Positions 45,880-56,921 of a DNA stretch of 64,000 nt are shown piece by piece. Location: the NCBI GenBank assembly GCA_963757995.1, contig CAVWTS010000011.1, positions 1,243 through 65,242 on the forward strand, read 5' to 3'. Source of the DNA: an uncultured Solirubrobacterales bacterium. Lineage in GTDB: Bacteria; Actinomycetota; Thermoleophilia; Solirubrobacterales; Solirubrobacteraceae. The stretch's first letter is position 1. Each line of letters starts with the position of its first letter. Position numbers and translations under genes: made by a program. A model generated the notes under the pieces. It was not told the origin of the DNA and made no database searches. It was given only the letters and a program-made list of their open reading frames with translations.

Positions 45880-48142
45880 ATGAGCAACGAGCATCAACCC
45901 AACGATCACGAGCGCCCGCAAGCCGACCGCCGGCTGGACGATCCCTCCCTGTACATAAACCGCGAGCTCTCGTGGCTGGACTTCAACGAGCGCGTGCTGC
46001 AGCTGGGCGAGGACGAGTCGATTCCGCTGCTCGAGCGCGTCAAGTTCTGCGCGATCTATACAACCAATCTCGACGAGTACTACATGGTGCGCGTGGCAGG
46101 GCTGCACGACCAGATCGACGCTGGCGTGGAGAACCCCAGTCAGGACGGACGCACACCCTCTGAGACGATCGGCGGAATCCGCGAGCGCGTACTGGAGCTC
46201 GGGGGTCGCTTGAGCGACTGTTTCGAAGCCCACCTGCGCCCAGCGCTGGCCGAGCACGGCGTGAGCGTCGTCGGCTTCGAGCAGCTTGACGACGAGCAAC
46301 GCGCTTACCTGGCACAGCACTTCCGGCGCGTGATCTTTCCGGCATTGACACCGCTCGCCGTCGCACCGGGTCGCCCCTTCCCCTATATCTCGAACCTGTC
46401 GCTCAGCCTGGCGGTGCTAGTGCGCGACCCTGCGGGCGGCGAGACTGTGTTCGCGCGGGTGAAGGTGCCGACCGAGATCCTGCCGCGCTTCGTGGCGGTG
46501 CGCTCTGCCGGCCACACCATCGTTGCCGGGACCAACCCTGGTGCAGAGGTGACTACGGGACATCCCGAGAGGCAGTCCCCGGCCGCGGCCGGCGCCGCCT
46601 AGCGGTAACGCAGCCGCGGCGAGCATTACGCTCGTGCCGCTGGAGGACGTGATCGCCCACCACCTCGATGCTCTGTTCCCGGGCATGGAGATCGTCGACT
46701 ACGACGTCTTCAGAGTTACCCGCGACGCCGACCTGGAGGTCTCCGACGACGCCGCCGACCTGCTGCAGGCCGTCGAGGACGAGCTGCGCCGGCGCCGCTT
46801 CGGCGAGATCGTGCGCGTCGAGCTCGGCACCAGCTGCTCTCCTCGTCTGCGCGAGGAGCTGATCGGTCTGCTCGGCGTGCGCGAGGACGAGGTCTATCCA
46901 GTCGCGGGACTACTCGACATGGGAGCGTTGTGGCAAATCGTGAAGCTTCCGGGTATGCCCGAGTTGCGCAATGCGCCGTATGCGCCAGTCACCCACCCGC
47001 GCCTGTTGCGCCACGAGGGCGAGCGCCCAGACGTGTTTGCCGCGATGCGCGAGGGCGATGTGCTCGTGCACCATCCCTATGACTCCTTTGCCACCTCGGT
47101 CGAGCGCTTCGTCGAACAGGCGGTGGCCGATCCGAACGTGCTTGCGATTAAGCAGACCGTGTATAGAACGAGCGACGACTCGCCGCTCGTTCCCGATCTG
47201 ATCGCAGCGTCTGAGCGCGGCAAGCAGGCGGTCGCGCTTGTCGAGCTGACGGCACGCTTTGACGAGCGTATGAACATCCATTGGGCAAAGGCGCTGGAGG
47301 AGGCAGGCGTGCATGTCGTCTACGGACAGCCGGCCCTAAAGACGCACGCCAAGTGCGTGCTCGTCGTACGCAGGGAGGGTGATGGCGTACGCAACTACGT
47401 ACACGTCGGCACAGGCAACTACCACTCAGCTACCGCGCGCCTGTACACCGACTTCGGCCTGTTCACGATCAACGAGGACATCGGCGCGGACGTAGCCGAC
47501 ATGTTCAACAACCTCACCGGCTACGGGCGTCCGTTGCGCAATCGCAAGGTTCTGATCGCCCCCGCGCATCTGCGCGAGGGACTTATCGCCGAGATCGACG
47601 CAACAATCGCCTCCCACTCGCCCGCCTCGCCCGGGCGGATCGCGATGAAGATGAACGCACTGGTGGACGGCCACTGCATCCGTGCGCTCTACCGGGCCTC
47701 ACGCGCCGGCGTGCGCGTGGACCTAAACGTGCGCGGCATCTGCTGCCTGCGCCCGGGGGTTCCCGGCATCTCGGAGAACATTCGCGTCGTGTCGGTCGTC
47801 GGGCGCCTGCTTGAGCACTCGCGCGTCTACACATTCGAGCGCGATGGAGAGCGCACCGTGTACATCGCCTCGGCCGACCTGATGCCGCGCAACCTCGACC
47901 ACCGTGTGGAGCTCGCCGCGCCGATCGACTCGCCTGAGCTGCGCGCCGAGCTGATGGACACGCTGGAACGGGCTTTCGCCGATAACCAGAGCTCCTGGGA
48001 ACTGCACGCGGACGGCGTCTGGCGCAGGCAATCGCCAGGGCCAGGGGAGCGCCCGCGCAACATGCAGCTGGAGCTGATGGAGCTACACGCGCGTCGTGCG
48101 GCCGAAGCGCGTCCGGCCGAGCGCGAGGCTTCAGGCGTCTAG
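45880..48142 (+). CDS. ppk1: Polyphosphate kinase 1 (frameshift near 46600)
   Basis: YINRELSWLDFNERVL, HHPYDSF, IKQTVYRT, KTHAK, GTGNY, SADLMPRNLDHRVE. Confidence 0.95.
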
Positions 48143-48272
48143 GGGCCGCATGCGCCCTCTACCCAGGCTTCGGACGTCTGGCGTGCGTAACCCCTCACGC
48201 CAAGCGTGAGACTTCAGGCGCGTGAGTGATCTCTCAAGCCAAGCGTGAAAGCTTCAGGCGTCTGACGTGCGT
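48127..48272 (+). repeat. Degenerate ~40-bp repeats at the ppk1 3' end
   Basis: GCTTCAGGCGTCT-like units at ~48128, 48167, 48211 and 48251; CTCA(C/A)GCCAAGCGTGA twice. Confidence 0.6.
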
Positions 48273-48372
48273 GCAAGCTGTGCAAGCTCTTCATAGCCTT
48301 GTTTCGCAAAACGTCTAGACGATTTGCGAATGCCTACAAAGCTTTGGTACTAAACATCCCCTCTCGCATCAC

Positions 48373-48404
48373 AAAAAGGGGGCTTTTGCGAACAGCCCCT
48401 TTTT
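48373..48404. terminator. Probable bidirectional intrinsic terminator between convergent ppk1 and bcp
   Basis: AAAAAGGGGGCT-TTTGCGAAC-AGCCCCTTTTT. Confidence 0.7.
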
Positions 48405-48451
48405 GATGACACTCCCCCGCCTCAAATGGCGAGGGCTCAAGCCAAGGGGCC

Positions 48452-48922
48452 TCAGCCGGCGGAAGCTGGAAGCCGCCCGAGAGCTTCGCGCAGCTCGTCC
48501 ACCGTTTGGTAATCGAGCCCCAGCCGATGGTCGTGGCGATCGCGCACCACTCCCTGCTCGTCGATCACGATCACCGCACGCGCGGTCGAGCCGATCCCCG
48601 GCATCACAGCACTGTAGGACTTCGCCACGGACTTGTCGACGTCTGCGAGCAACGGCACGTTGAGGCCGTGCTTGGTGGTGAACTGCTCGTGCGAGGCGAG
48701 GTCTTGAGAGGAGATGCCCACGACTGTCGCATCGAGCGAAGCAAAATCCTCGGCGCGGTCGCGATAGGAGCAGAACTGCTTTGTGCAGACCATCGTATTG
48801 TCGCCCGGATAGAACAGCAGCACCACCCGCTCGCCATGATGGTCTGAGAGCTTGAACGGCCCGCTGGTCCCCTGCAATTCAAAGTCCGGCGCCTGCTCGC
48901 CCACACGGGGGGTCTTGGCCAT
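48452..48922 (-). CDS. bcp: BCP/PrxQ peroxiredoxin
   Basis: APDFEL..FYPGDNTMVCTKQFC. Confidence 0.88.
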   Translation of the reverse strand: MAKTPRVGEQAPDFELQGTSGPFKLSDHHGERVVLLFYPGDNTMVCTKQFCSYRDRAEDFASLDATVVGISSQDLASHEQFTTKHGLNVPLLADVDKSVAKSYSAVMPGIGSTARAVIVIDEQGVVRDRHDHRLGLDYQTVDELREALGRLPASAG

Positions 48923-49074
48923 AATGCCCTCACTCTCGCTCGCCGATCGCTATTGGCCGTTGAGCATAGCCCTACCACCGTGAGAAAGCATCGTCGCGCG
49001 GGCGCGCCATAGTCCCATTGGCCAGTAACGTCCTGAAGTTCAAGATCTGCGACCGAACGGCCGAATAAATCGCC

Positions 49075-49872
49075 GTGACCACGTCCTTGAACCCGAACGA
49101 GCGACGAGAGCTCAGCAACAAGGCTCGAACGGCAACCCTCCAAGCCTTGCATGCCCTTGGAGGCGAGGCTCAACGCGGAGTAATTCGGGAATGGGCGCTG
49201 ACTCATGGCGGCTTCACCCAACGCGAGCTGGAGGCGCCCCCACCGGAGCCCGCGATTGGGAAGTACCGGTGTGCGGTCGATCACCGTCTGTCATGGACGC
49301 TGACCAACCTGAAGCGAGAAGGGCTACTCGAGAACCCGAAGTGGAGCATCTGGAGAATGACGAGCGCCGGGCTCGCCGCGACCGCTACCGAGGTGGCCGA
49401 GCACATCGGGCCTGAGCGTCTCATCGGGCCGGTTGACCCGAAACGGCTCGATGAACTTCGGACGATGCCGTATCAGCGCTACTTGCAATCGTCCGAGTGG
49501 AACCGGACCCGCAAAGCCGCACTGGCGCGCGCCGGCAACGCGTGTTCGCTGGACGCGGCCCATACCGAGAACCTGGAGGTCCACCATCGCTCCTACGAAC
49601 ATCTCGGCGCCGAGCTCGCTAGTGACGTCCTGGTTCTATGCCACTCCTGCCACCTGCTGCATCACAAGCAATACGGCCGTCCACGGCGAGAGCGTGCGGT
49701 CTCCCCGATGCCCTCGACGGCAGTGATGCGCGCAGCGGCGACATCCTCCACAGCTACTGAAGGCCTTACGATTGCGTCGAACAACCCAGAGATCCCCAGC
49801 AGGCGATCGCGGCTTTCGCGCCTGCTGGCATTCTTGATGCCAGCCGCAACCCTACGAGGCACTCGCTCGTAG
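49075..49872 (+). CDS. Mrr N-terminal-like winged helix fused to an HNH endonuclease domain
   Basis: HRLSWTLTNLKREGLLENPKWSIWRMT; YLQSSEW..LEVHHRSY..LVLCHSCHLLHH. Confidence 0.75.
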   Translation: MTTSLNPNERRELSNKARTATLQALHALGGEAQRGVIREWALTHGGFTQRELEAPPPEPAIGKYRCAVDHRLSWTLTNLKREGLLENPKWSIWRMTSAGLAATATEVAEHIGPERLIGPVDPKRLDELRTMPYQRYLQSSEWNRTRKAALARAGNACSLDAAHTENLEVHHRSYEHLGAELASDVLVLCHSCHLLHHKQYGRPRRERAVSPMPSTAVMRAAATSSTATEGLTIASNNPEIPSRRSRLSRLLAFLMPAATLRGTRS

Positions 49873-50044
49873 GGACTGATGTCGGCCACAACCCACGAGG
49901 CACTAGCTCGGAGGGGACGTGGTGCCAAGCGCCCCTTTCCATGAAATAATCGGGCTCACACGCCGAGCGTCGTAAGCTGGGCGAAAGCATCCCTCTGCCC
50001 TCTGTCACCCTAACTCCGCGGTGACTCCTCCCCGCTAGGTTCTA

Positions 50045-52358
50045 ATGATGCTCAAGTTCGCCCGCTGGTCCACGACGCACCGCCTGTACATCGCGATCGG
50101 CTGGGTGATCCTGCTGATCGGCGTCAATGTCATCTCCCAGTCGAGTGGAGGGGCGGCCTACTCGAACAACTTCACGCTGCCCAACTCCGACGCGCAGCGC
50201 GCCTCGGACCTGCTGGCGCATAGCTTCCCAACGCAGGCAGGCGACCGCGACACGATCGTCTTCAAGGTTGCGCACGGCAATGTGCGCGAACCAGCCGTGC
50301 AGAGCCACATGACCAAGCTGTTTGGCGAAGTAAGCCGCCTGGCGCACGTGACAGGCGTGATCAGCCCTTACGCAGCCAGCCAGGCCGGCAAGGCCATATC
50401 CGCCAATGGGCAGATTGCCTTTGCCACCGTTGTGTTCAACGAAAAGGCCAACGAACTGCCCAAGAGCGCGGGCGAAGGCGTGGTCAAAGCGGCCGAGGCG
50501 GCACGCACGCCGGGCCTGCAGATAGAGCTCGGCGGACAGGCGATCGAGCAGACCGAGCAGGAAGGCTTCGGGATCACCACCGCTGTCGGGCTAATGGCCG
50601 CGATCGTGGTGCTGCTGATCACCTTCGGGTCGCTGGTCGCGATGGGCCTGCCGATCATCACGGCGCTGCTCGGGCTCGGTACCGGGCTGGGGCTGATCGC
50701 TCTGTTCACGCATGTGGTCGATACGCCTAACTTCTCCTCCGAGCTCGCAGCGATGATCGGTCTGGGCGTGGGAATCGACTACTCGCTGTTCATCGTGACG
50801 CGCTTCCGTGAGGCCTACGCGACGCCCGGGCCCAGCTTTGGTGACGTGCGTGAGTCTGTCGTGCAGGCGATGGACACCGCCGGGCGCGCAGTGCTGTTCG
50901 CCGGTTGCACGGTCGTGATCGCGCTGCTGGGCATGATGCTGCTCGGCGTCGACTTCCTCTACGGCGTTGCGATCTCCGCCTCGATCGGCGTGCTGCTGGT
51001 GATGCTCGCCTCGCTGACGCTGCTGCCGGCGCTACTCACGATCGCAGGCAAACGCGTGGTGCGACCCAGCCGTCGTGCACGCCGTCGCGGCGTGGAGGCC
51101 ACAGACGCGCGTCAAGGAAGAATTGGCTGCGCTGGAGCGAATTCGTGCAGGCCCATTCGTGGCCGATCGCGCTTGCCGCAACACTCATTCTGCTGGTAAT
51201 AGCGGCGCCCGCGACCGCGCTGCGACTCGGGTCCAGCGACGCAAGTAACGACCCAGAGAGCTACGACCTACAAGGCCTATCAGTTGCTTGCCGAAGGGTT
51301 TGGACAGGGGTTCAACGGACCGCTACAGGTCGTCGCACAGGTCCCTGGCGCGAGTAATCCCGCTAAGCCGGCAGCAAAACAGGGTGTCCTGCTCACCACA
51401 CCTACTTCATCCGCGGGCAAGGCCGCGGTCGAAGATCTGCGCGTCGCGATGGCCAGTGTCAAGGGCGTAGCCTCGGTCGCACCAGCCAAGTTCAATCCCG
51501 CGGAGATGTGGCGACGATCTCCGTCTATCCGAGCTCGTCACCCCAGGCTTATGCCACGACCCAACTCGTCTCGCAACTACGCAACGAAACGATTCCTCCT
51601 GTAGAGGCAAGCACCAGAATGCATGTCTACGTCGGCGGCGTCACCGCCGGAGCAGTTGATTCGCGGCCGTGCTCGGCAAGAAGCTGCCGCTGTTCATCGG
51701 TGTAGTGGTGCTGCTCTCGGCGCTGCTCTTGATGATCGTGTTTCGCTCGCTGGTCATCCCACTGCAAGCGGCGTTCATGAACCTGCTGGAGCATCGTTGA
51801 TCTCGCAGGCGGTGATCGTGGTCGTCTTCCAGTGGGCGGCTGGTCGACTCGATCACTGGCGTCAAACCCGGCCCGATCGAGTCGTTCGTGCCCGTGATGC
51901 TCTTCGCGATCGTGTTCGGACTGTCGATGGACTACCAGGTCTTCCTGATCTCGCGCATCCATGAGCAGTGGACTCGCGTAGGCGACAGCCGCCGCGCGGT
52001 CAGCGAAGGACTGGCACTGACCGGCCGCGTGGTGACGGCAGCCGCGGCGATCATGATCTGCGTGTTCCTGTCGTTCATGTCGGTGAAAGCAGGGTCATCA
52101 AGGAGTTCGGACTGGCCTTGGCCTCCGCTGTATTCCTCGACGCGATCATCGTGCGCTGCCTGTTGCTGCCGGCGGTGCTGCACATCCTTGGCGACGCCAC
52201 CTGGGCGATCCCAGCCCGCCTCGATCGATTGCTTCCGCGCATCAACATCGAGGGCAGCGCGTCGCGCCTCAGCGAGGCTGACGAAGCCTGAGTCCGCCAC
52301 GTTCGCCTCCGAGGAGAAGCCAGTGCCGGCCGGCACGCGCGGGGGGACAGAGGGCTGA
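50045..52358 (+). CDS. MMPL-family (RND) transporter, several frameshifts
   Basis: FGSLVAMGLPI, GVGIDYSLFIVTRFRE, GLSMDYQVFLISRIHE, TGRVVTAAAAIM. Confidence 0.9.
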
Positions 52359-52363
52359 GCAGT

Positions 52364-54502
52364 ATGCGCGCGGGGCTGCTTGCGGCCCCGCTGTGCATGG
52401 CTCTTGCCAGCTGCTGCGCGGCAGCTGCGGCAGCCGAACAGCACGATATCCACGGGGCCGCCTCACCGGCACCGGCCGTTTCGGTATTGAAAGCCCCGAG
52501 TCAGGCCACTTCGAAGCAAGCTGTGCACACGGAGGCGAGCGTCGAGCCTTCGGCGCTTGTCGTGTTCCTTCCCCCGGGCCCCTCACGCGATAGGGACCAA
52601 TCCGAAGACGATGCGATTGAGGCCGAGCTGAGCTCGATCCCAACGCTCTCGATAGGCATCTTGAGCGCCACCCAAGGTACGTACAACGCAGACCAGATGC
52701 TGCTCGACATGACTCAGGGCGCGCGGGTCTCCTACTCGGCCTATAGCCCGGCTGATCCACCGAGCCTGTCCTCCCTGAACCTTGACCTGCCTGCCGAGCA
52801 TGGGCTCCCCGCCAGTGCGCACATCACTTCGTGGCCAGCGGCCCTGAGACGCGCGCGAGGCGCCCCTCAACTACTGAAGCCAGGGCTGCTGGCCACATCG
52901 ATCCCCGGTGGGGAAGCGTATGCCGCTCCGTATTTCTCCAACCTGCCAAACAAGGGCAACATAGAAATTGAAATCGCCAAGCCCCTAACCAGTCCCGCGA
53001 CGGTCGACTGGCCCCTTGCAGCCAATCGTTCCGGGCGAATCGCCGCGCTCTCCTTCGGATCTCCTGGGACGCTTGTCTCTCGCATTGACAAGCTGCGCAC
53101 CACACATAGCCTGGTGGTTGCAGATTTGCCCCAGGGAGCAGGCGGCCACAGTGACCTACGCCGCTGAGCGCAGGTCGCTCGCCCGCAGCCGCTGGTTGTC
53201 CTACAGACCGACCCGACCTCCCCGGGCCCGAACTGCTGCGGGGCGCCTTCGCCGGACTCCCCCCCGCGCGAGGAACAGGTGGCAGCGAGACACCACCTCC
53301 CACACCACCAACCAGCACGGCATGATCGCCGCTATCTCATCGGCCCGACGACCCTCGACCATCCTGCACTCCCGATACCTGCCGACATGCGCGGTAAGCC
53401 TGTACGTCTGGACGGCGCCCTCGACGGCGCCAGCTTGCGCGGACTGAAGGCGCGCCTGGTCGTGATCGATCCACGCAGACTGCCCGCGCTCGGCTGGCTC
53501 GTGCTCGCATGGGTGCTGCTGCTCGCCACGACCCGGTTACCGATCCAACGCAAGGACCGTCCCAAACGGACCGCATGGGCAGCCCGAATCGGAGCGATCG
53601 CCATGCTCTGGACCCCCGTTGCAGTACTGCTCCCGGCTGCCCTCGAGCCGAGTCGCACGGTCGAGTTCGCTCTGATCGTGGCAACTCGCTTTGCACTAGG
53701 CGCGCTCACCGATCTGCTTATGCCGTGGCCGCGAGCGCCACTCGTGCCCGCGGTGGTAGCGGTCGTCGCTTTGACCATCGATGCACTCGCCGGCACCAGC
53801 TGTTGATGCGCTCGCTTCTCGGGCCCAGCCCAGCTTTTGGGGCGCGTTCTACGGGATCGGCAACGAGCTGAAGTCGGGGCTCGCCGTGCTCGTCTTCACA
53901 GCAGTGGCGCAGCGCTGTATCCCTGCCTGCGCAGCCGCGGCGCCGCGGCGACGATGGCCGGCGCGGGCATCGTGCTCGCGATCGTCGAGGGTTCGGCGCG
54001 CATTGGCGCAGGCGTCGGCGGCGTGATTCGGTGAGCGCGGGAACCGCCGCGGCCACCGTGATGCTGCTGCCGGCACGCTCAACCGAAAGCGCGCGCTGAT
54101 CGTGATGGCCGCGCCCGTCCTTGGCTTGATCGCACTGGCCGCGATCGATCTCGCCACCGCCCATGGCTCGGGGCACTTCACCGGCAGCGTGCTCGACGCG
54201 CGCTCGCGGGAGACATCCGCGACATCATCGTGCGCCGCTATTCGGCCGCTTGGGACGAGCTGAAGAACCATCTGATGCCGCTCGCCACGGCATTTGCGCT
54301 GATCGTCTCGTTCATCGCGGTCCGTCGCCGCGATCGTGTGCTCGCGCCGGTCGCTTCTGATCCGGTATGGCTTGCCGCATTCGCCGGCGGACTCACCTCG
54401 GGCGTGATCGGCGCGCTCACCGAGGACTCCGGCCCAGTCCTGCTGGTGGTCGCCGTCGGGACGCTCGGATGTGACTCAGCTACCTGTGGGGCAAGCCGGT
54501 GA
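52364..54502 (+). CDS. Multi-TM membrane protein with extracellular N-terminal domain, several frameshifts
   Basis: Signal peptide; fragments with FYGIGNELK and TEDSGP motifs and many TMs across frames. Confidence 0.6.
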
Positions 54503-54645
54503 GAGCACAGCCCTTCAGCCGGCGCGGTCCGAGCACTCTCCCCGAAGCACGATCTCGTTCTCGGACCAGTCAGCGGCACCCTCCGGCTGAGACTCACGAT
54601 CGCCTGCTCCAAGCGGCCTCAGAGAATGGCGTCACAAGGCCGCAG

Positions 54646-55120
54646 TCAGGGGGCGGTGCTCTCCCCCGGGGCCCTCGGTCCCTCCTCGGCGAGCGCTCTG
54701 CGCCTGCCGATCAACAGCACGATCAAAACTACAATGATCACCACGATCAGGATCCCGCCCGCGATGTAGCGAAGTTTGTGTTTGACTGGCGCGGTTTTTT
54801 TGACCTGGACGGCGGCGATCTGCACACGTGCGTGACCGGCTTGGGCTTCGGCCACGAGCTTGCCCTGTTCAGATGAGATATACGCAACCGTGTAGTGCTT
54901 GCCGTTGTCCATCGAGACGTGCAGATGACCGTCGTCGCCCCTGGATGGAACGTCAAAGCATGCACTTCGCCTTTGTGTAGCTGCACTTCGTATGCCGGCA
55001 CGCTCTCTTGCTGGAAATGAATCACCGTTGCCGCTCCGGCCGGCACGGCAATCACGGCCGCGACCAGCACGCGCACGCGGCCGCCAGCGCGACGTTCAAT
55101 CGTCTAGTCGATCTGTTCAT
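54646..55120 (-). CDS. Small two-anchor membrane protein (frameshifted; start approximate)
   Basis: Signal/TM, then AYEVQLHKGEVHALTF..HYTVAY.., then C-terminal TM IAGGILIVVIIVVLIVLLIGRRR. Confidence 0.6.
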
Positions 55121-55165
55121 GGCCCGCACCTTATAGGCACAGCCCGTCGCGTGAGCAAGCAGGCC

Positions 55166-55898
55166 CTACACGCGCCCCGTATCGCGACGGTAGGCGCGGC
55201 GCGCCACGGCCAGCACCACAGTCCAGGCGACGATCACGATCCATCCCTTGGTGCCCAGCGGATGCCCGCCAAGCGCGATGTGACTGGCCTGCACCAGCCA
55301 GTAGGACGGCAGTAGCTGGCCCATCGTGCAAGAAGCCGTGGCTAGGGATCGGGAACCAAGTGCCCCCGAGGAACGCCAACAGCGCCACCCCGCCACCCAT
55401 GGCTGGGCCGATCGAGTCAGGAGTCAGCATGTGCCCGATCGCGATACCAAGCGCAGCAAACGGCACCAGGCAAGCGAGGATCAGCACGGTCATCTCAAGC
55501 GAGTCGCCGGCGGACATGCTGACACCAAGCCAAAGCCCCGACGCGAACAGCACCACCATGCTCAACAGCGCCATCAGATAGGCGGTCAGCACCTTCGCAC
55601 GAAAATAGGAGCGCGTCGAGAGTGGACTGATGCGCAATTGGCGGTTCCAGCCAACGGCCCGCTGGGCCGCGATGCGTGCGCCGCATGAGAGCATCGAGCT
55701 CATCGTGCCGAACGCGACCATCCCAACCATGAAATACATCGGGGCGGGGATGCCCGTGCCGTCCAGGTTGTGCACGTTGCGGTTAGGGCCCGCGATCAGG
55801 AAGTACAAAACCAGCGGGAAGCCAAGGGAGAGGATGAAAAACCGCCGGTTGCGAACAGTGCGCAACAACTCATAGCGCGTGTACGCAAGGGCGCTCAT
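55166..55898 (-). CDS. ABC-2 type exporter permease (frameshift near 55325)
   Basis: YELLRTVRNRRFFILSLGFP..GWNRQLRISPL..LPSYW. Confidence 0.85.
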
Positions 55899-56802
55899 GA
55901 GAGCGCCCCGGCCAGCTGTGCCGTGCCCCCGTCGCCCGTCAGCTGGAAGAACGCCTCCCGAGACCGGCCGCCGCTATCTCGATGTCGCGCGCCTCGGGTT
56001 GCGTCGCTAGTAGTGCGCGGATTGCCGCGTCGGAATCCGCGCACGCCAGCACGACCGCCTCGCCACGTCGCTCCGCGGCGCTTACCCCAGGCAGACCCGC
56101 AAGTGCATCAAGGTCGGCCCCCGGCAGTGTCGCGCGAATGGTTCGCTTACCCACGATCGCCTTGATCTCGTTCGGCGGCCCATCGGCGATTATCTGCCCG
56201 TGTGCCATCAGCACCGCCCGATCGGCGTACGCGTCTGCCTCCTCCAGGTAGTGGGTGGCAAACAGGATCGTCCTGCCGCGCGCCGCCTCACTTCGCATCG
56301 TCGTCCAAAAGGAGCGCCTTCCCTCGACATCCATCGCGACCGTCGGCTCGTCGAGCACAAGCAGCTTCGGGTTGCTGACAAGCGCCACCGCGAAGCGCAC
56401 CCGTTGCGCTGCCCGCCGGAGAGCTTCTGCGTGCGCTGTCCGGCGATCTCGCTCAGACCCGTAAGTTCGGCGTCTCTCCTACATCCAGCGGCTCGGGATA
56501 TAGCGAAGCCACCATCGCAATCAGCTCCCCCACGAGAGATCGCGAATCAATGCCCCAGTCTCAGCATCGCGCCGATCCAGCCTGGTCCATCGCCGCGCTC
56601 GGCGAGCCGCCAAGTACAACACCGTGCCTGCGTCCGGCTCGGCCAAGCCGAGGATCATGTCGATCGTCGTGGACTTGCCGGCGCCGTTAGGTCCAAGTAG
56701 CGCGACCGTTTCGCCGGCCTCGATCGAGATGTCGATGCCGCGAACCGCCTGTATCTCCCCGTAGTTCTTGCGCAGGCCGCTGGCAACAATCGCGTCCGTC
56801 AT
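55895..56802 (-). CDS. ABC exporter ATP-binding protein (frameshifted)
   Basis: GPNGAGKST, LSGG, LVLDEPT, ATHYLEEA. Confidence 0.88.
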
Positions 56803-56921
56803 ACGTCCTTCACACTATCCGTCGCCGCCACCGGCCAAACCCGGAACTAGAAGAATGCTCGCCTTGCCTTCGCAACGGCTCAGAACAGTTCCGAGCCCGC
56901 GAGCGTCTCGCTCCGCGTCGC

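Noticed and set aside
48127-48272. ~40-bp spaced repeats as a mini-CRISPR
   Set aside because: Degenerate units, intervening sequences partly repeated, no leader or cas
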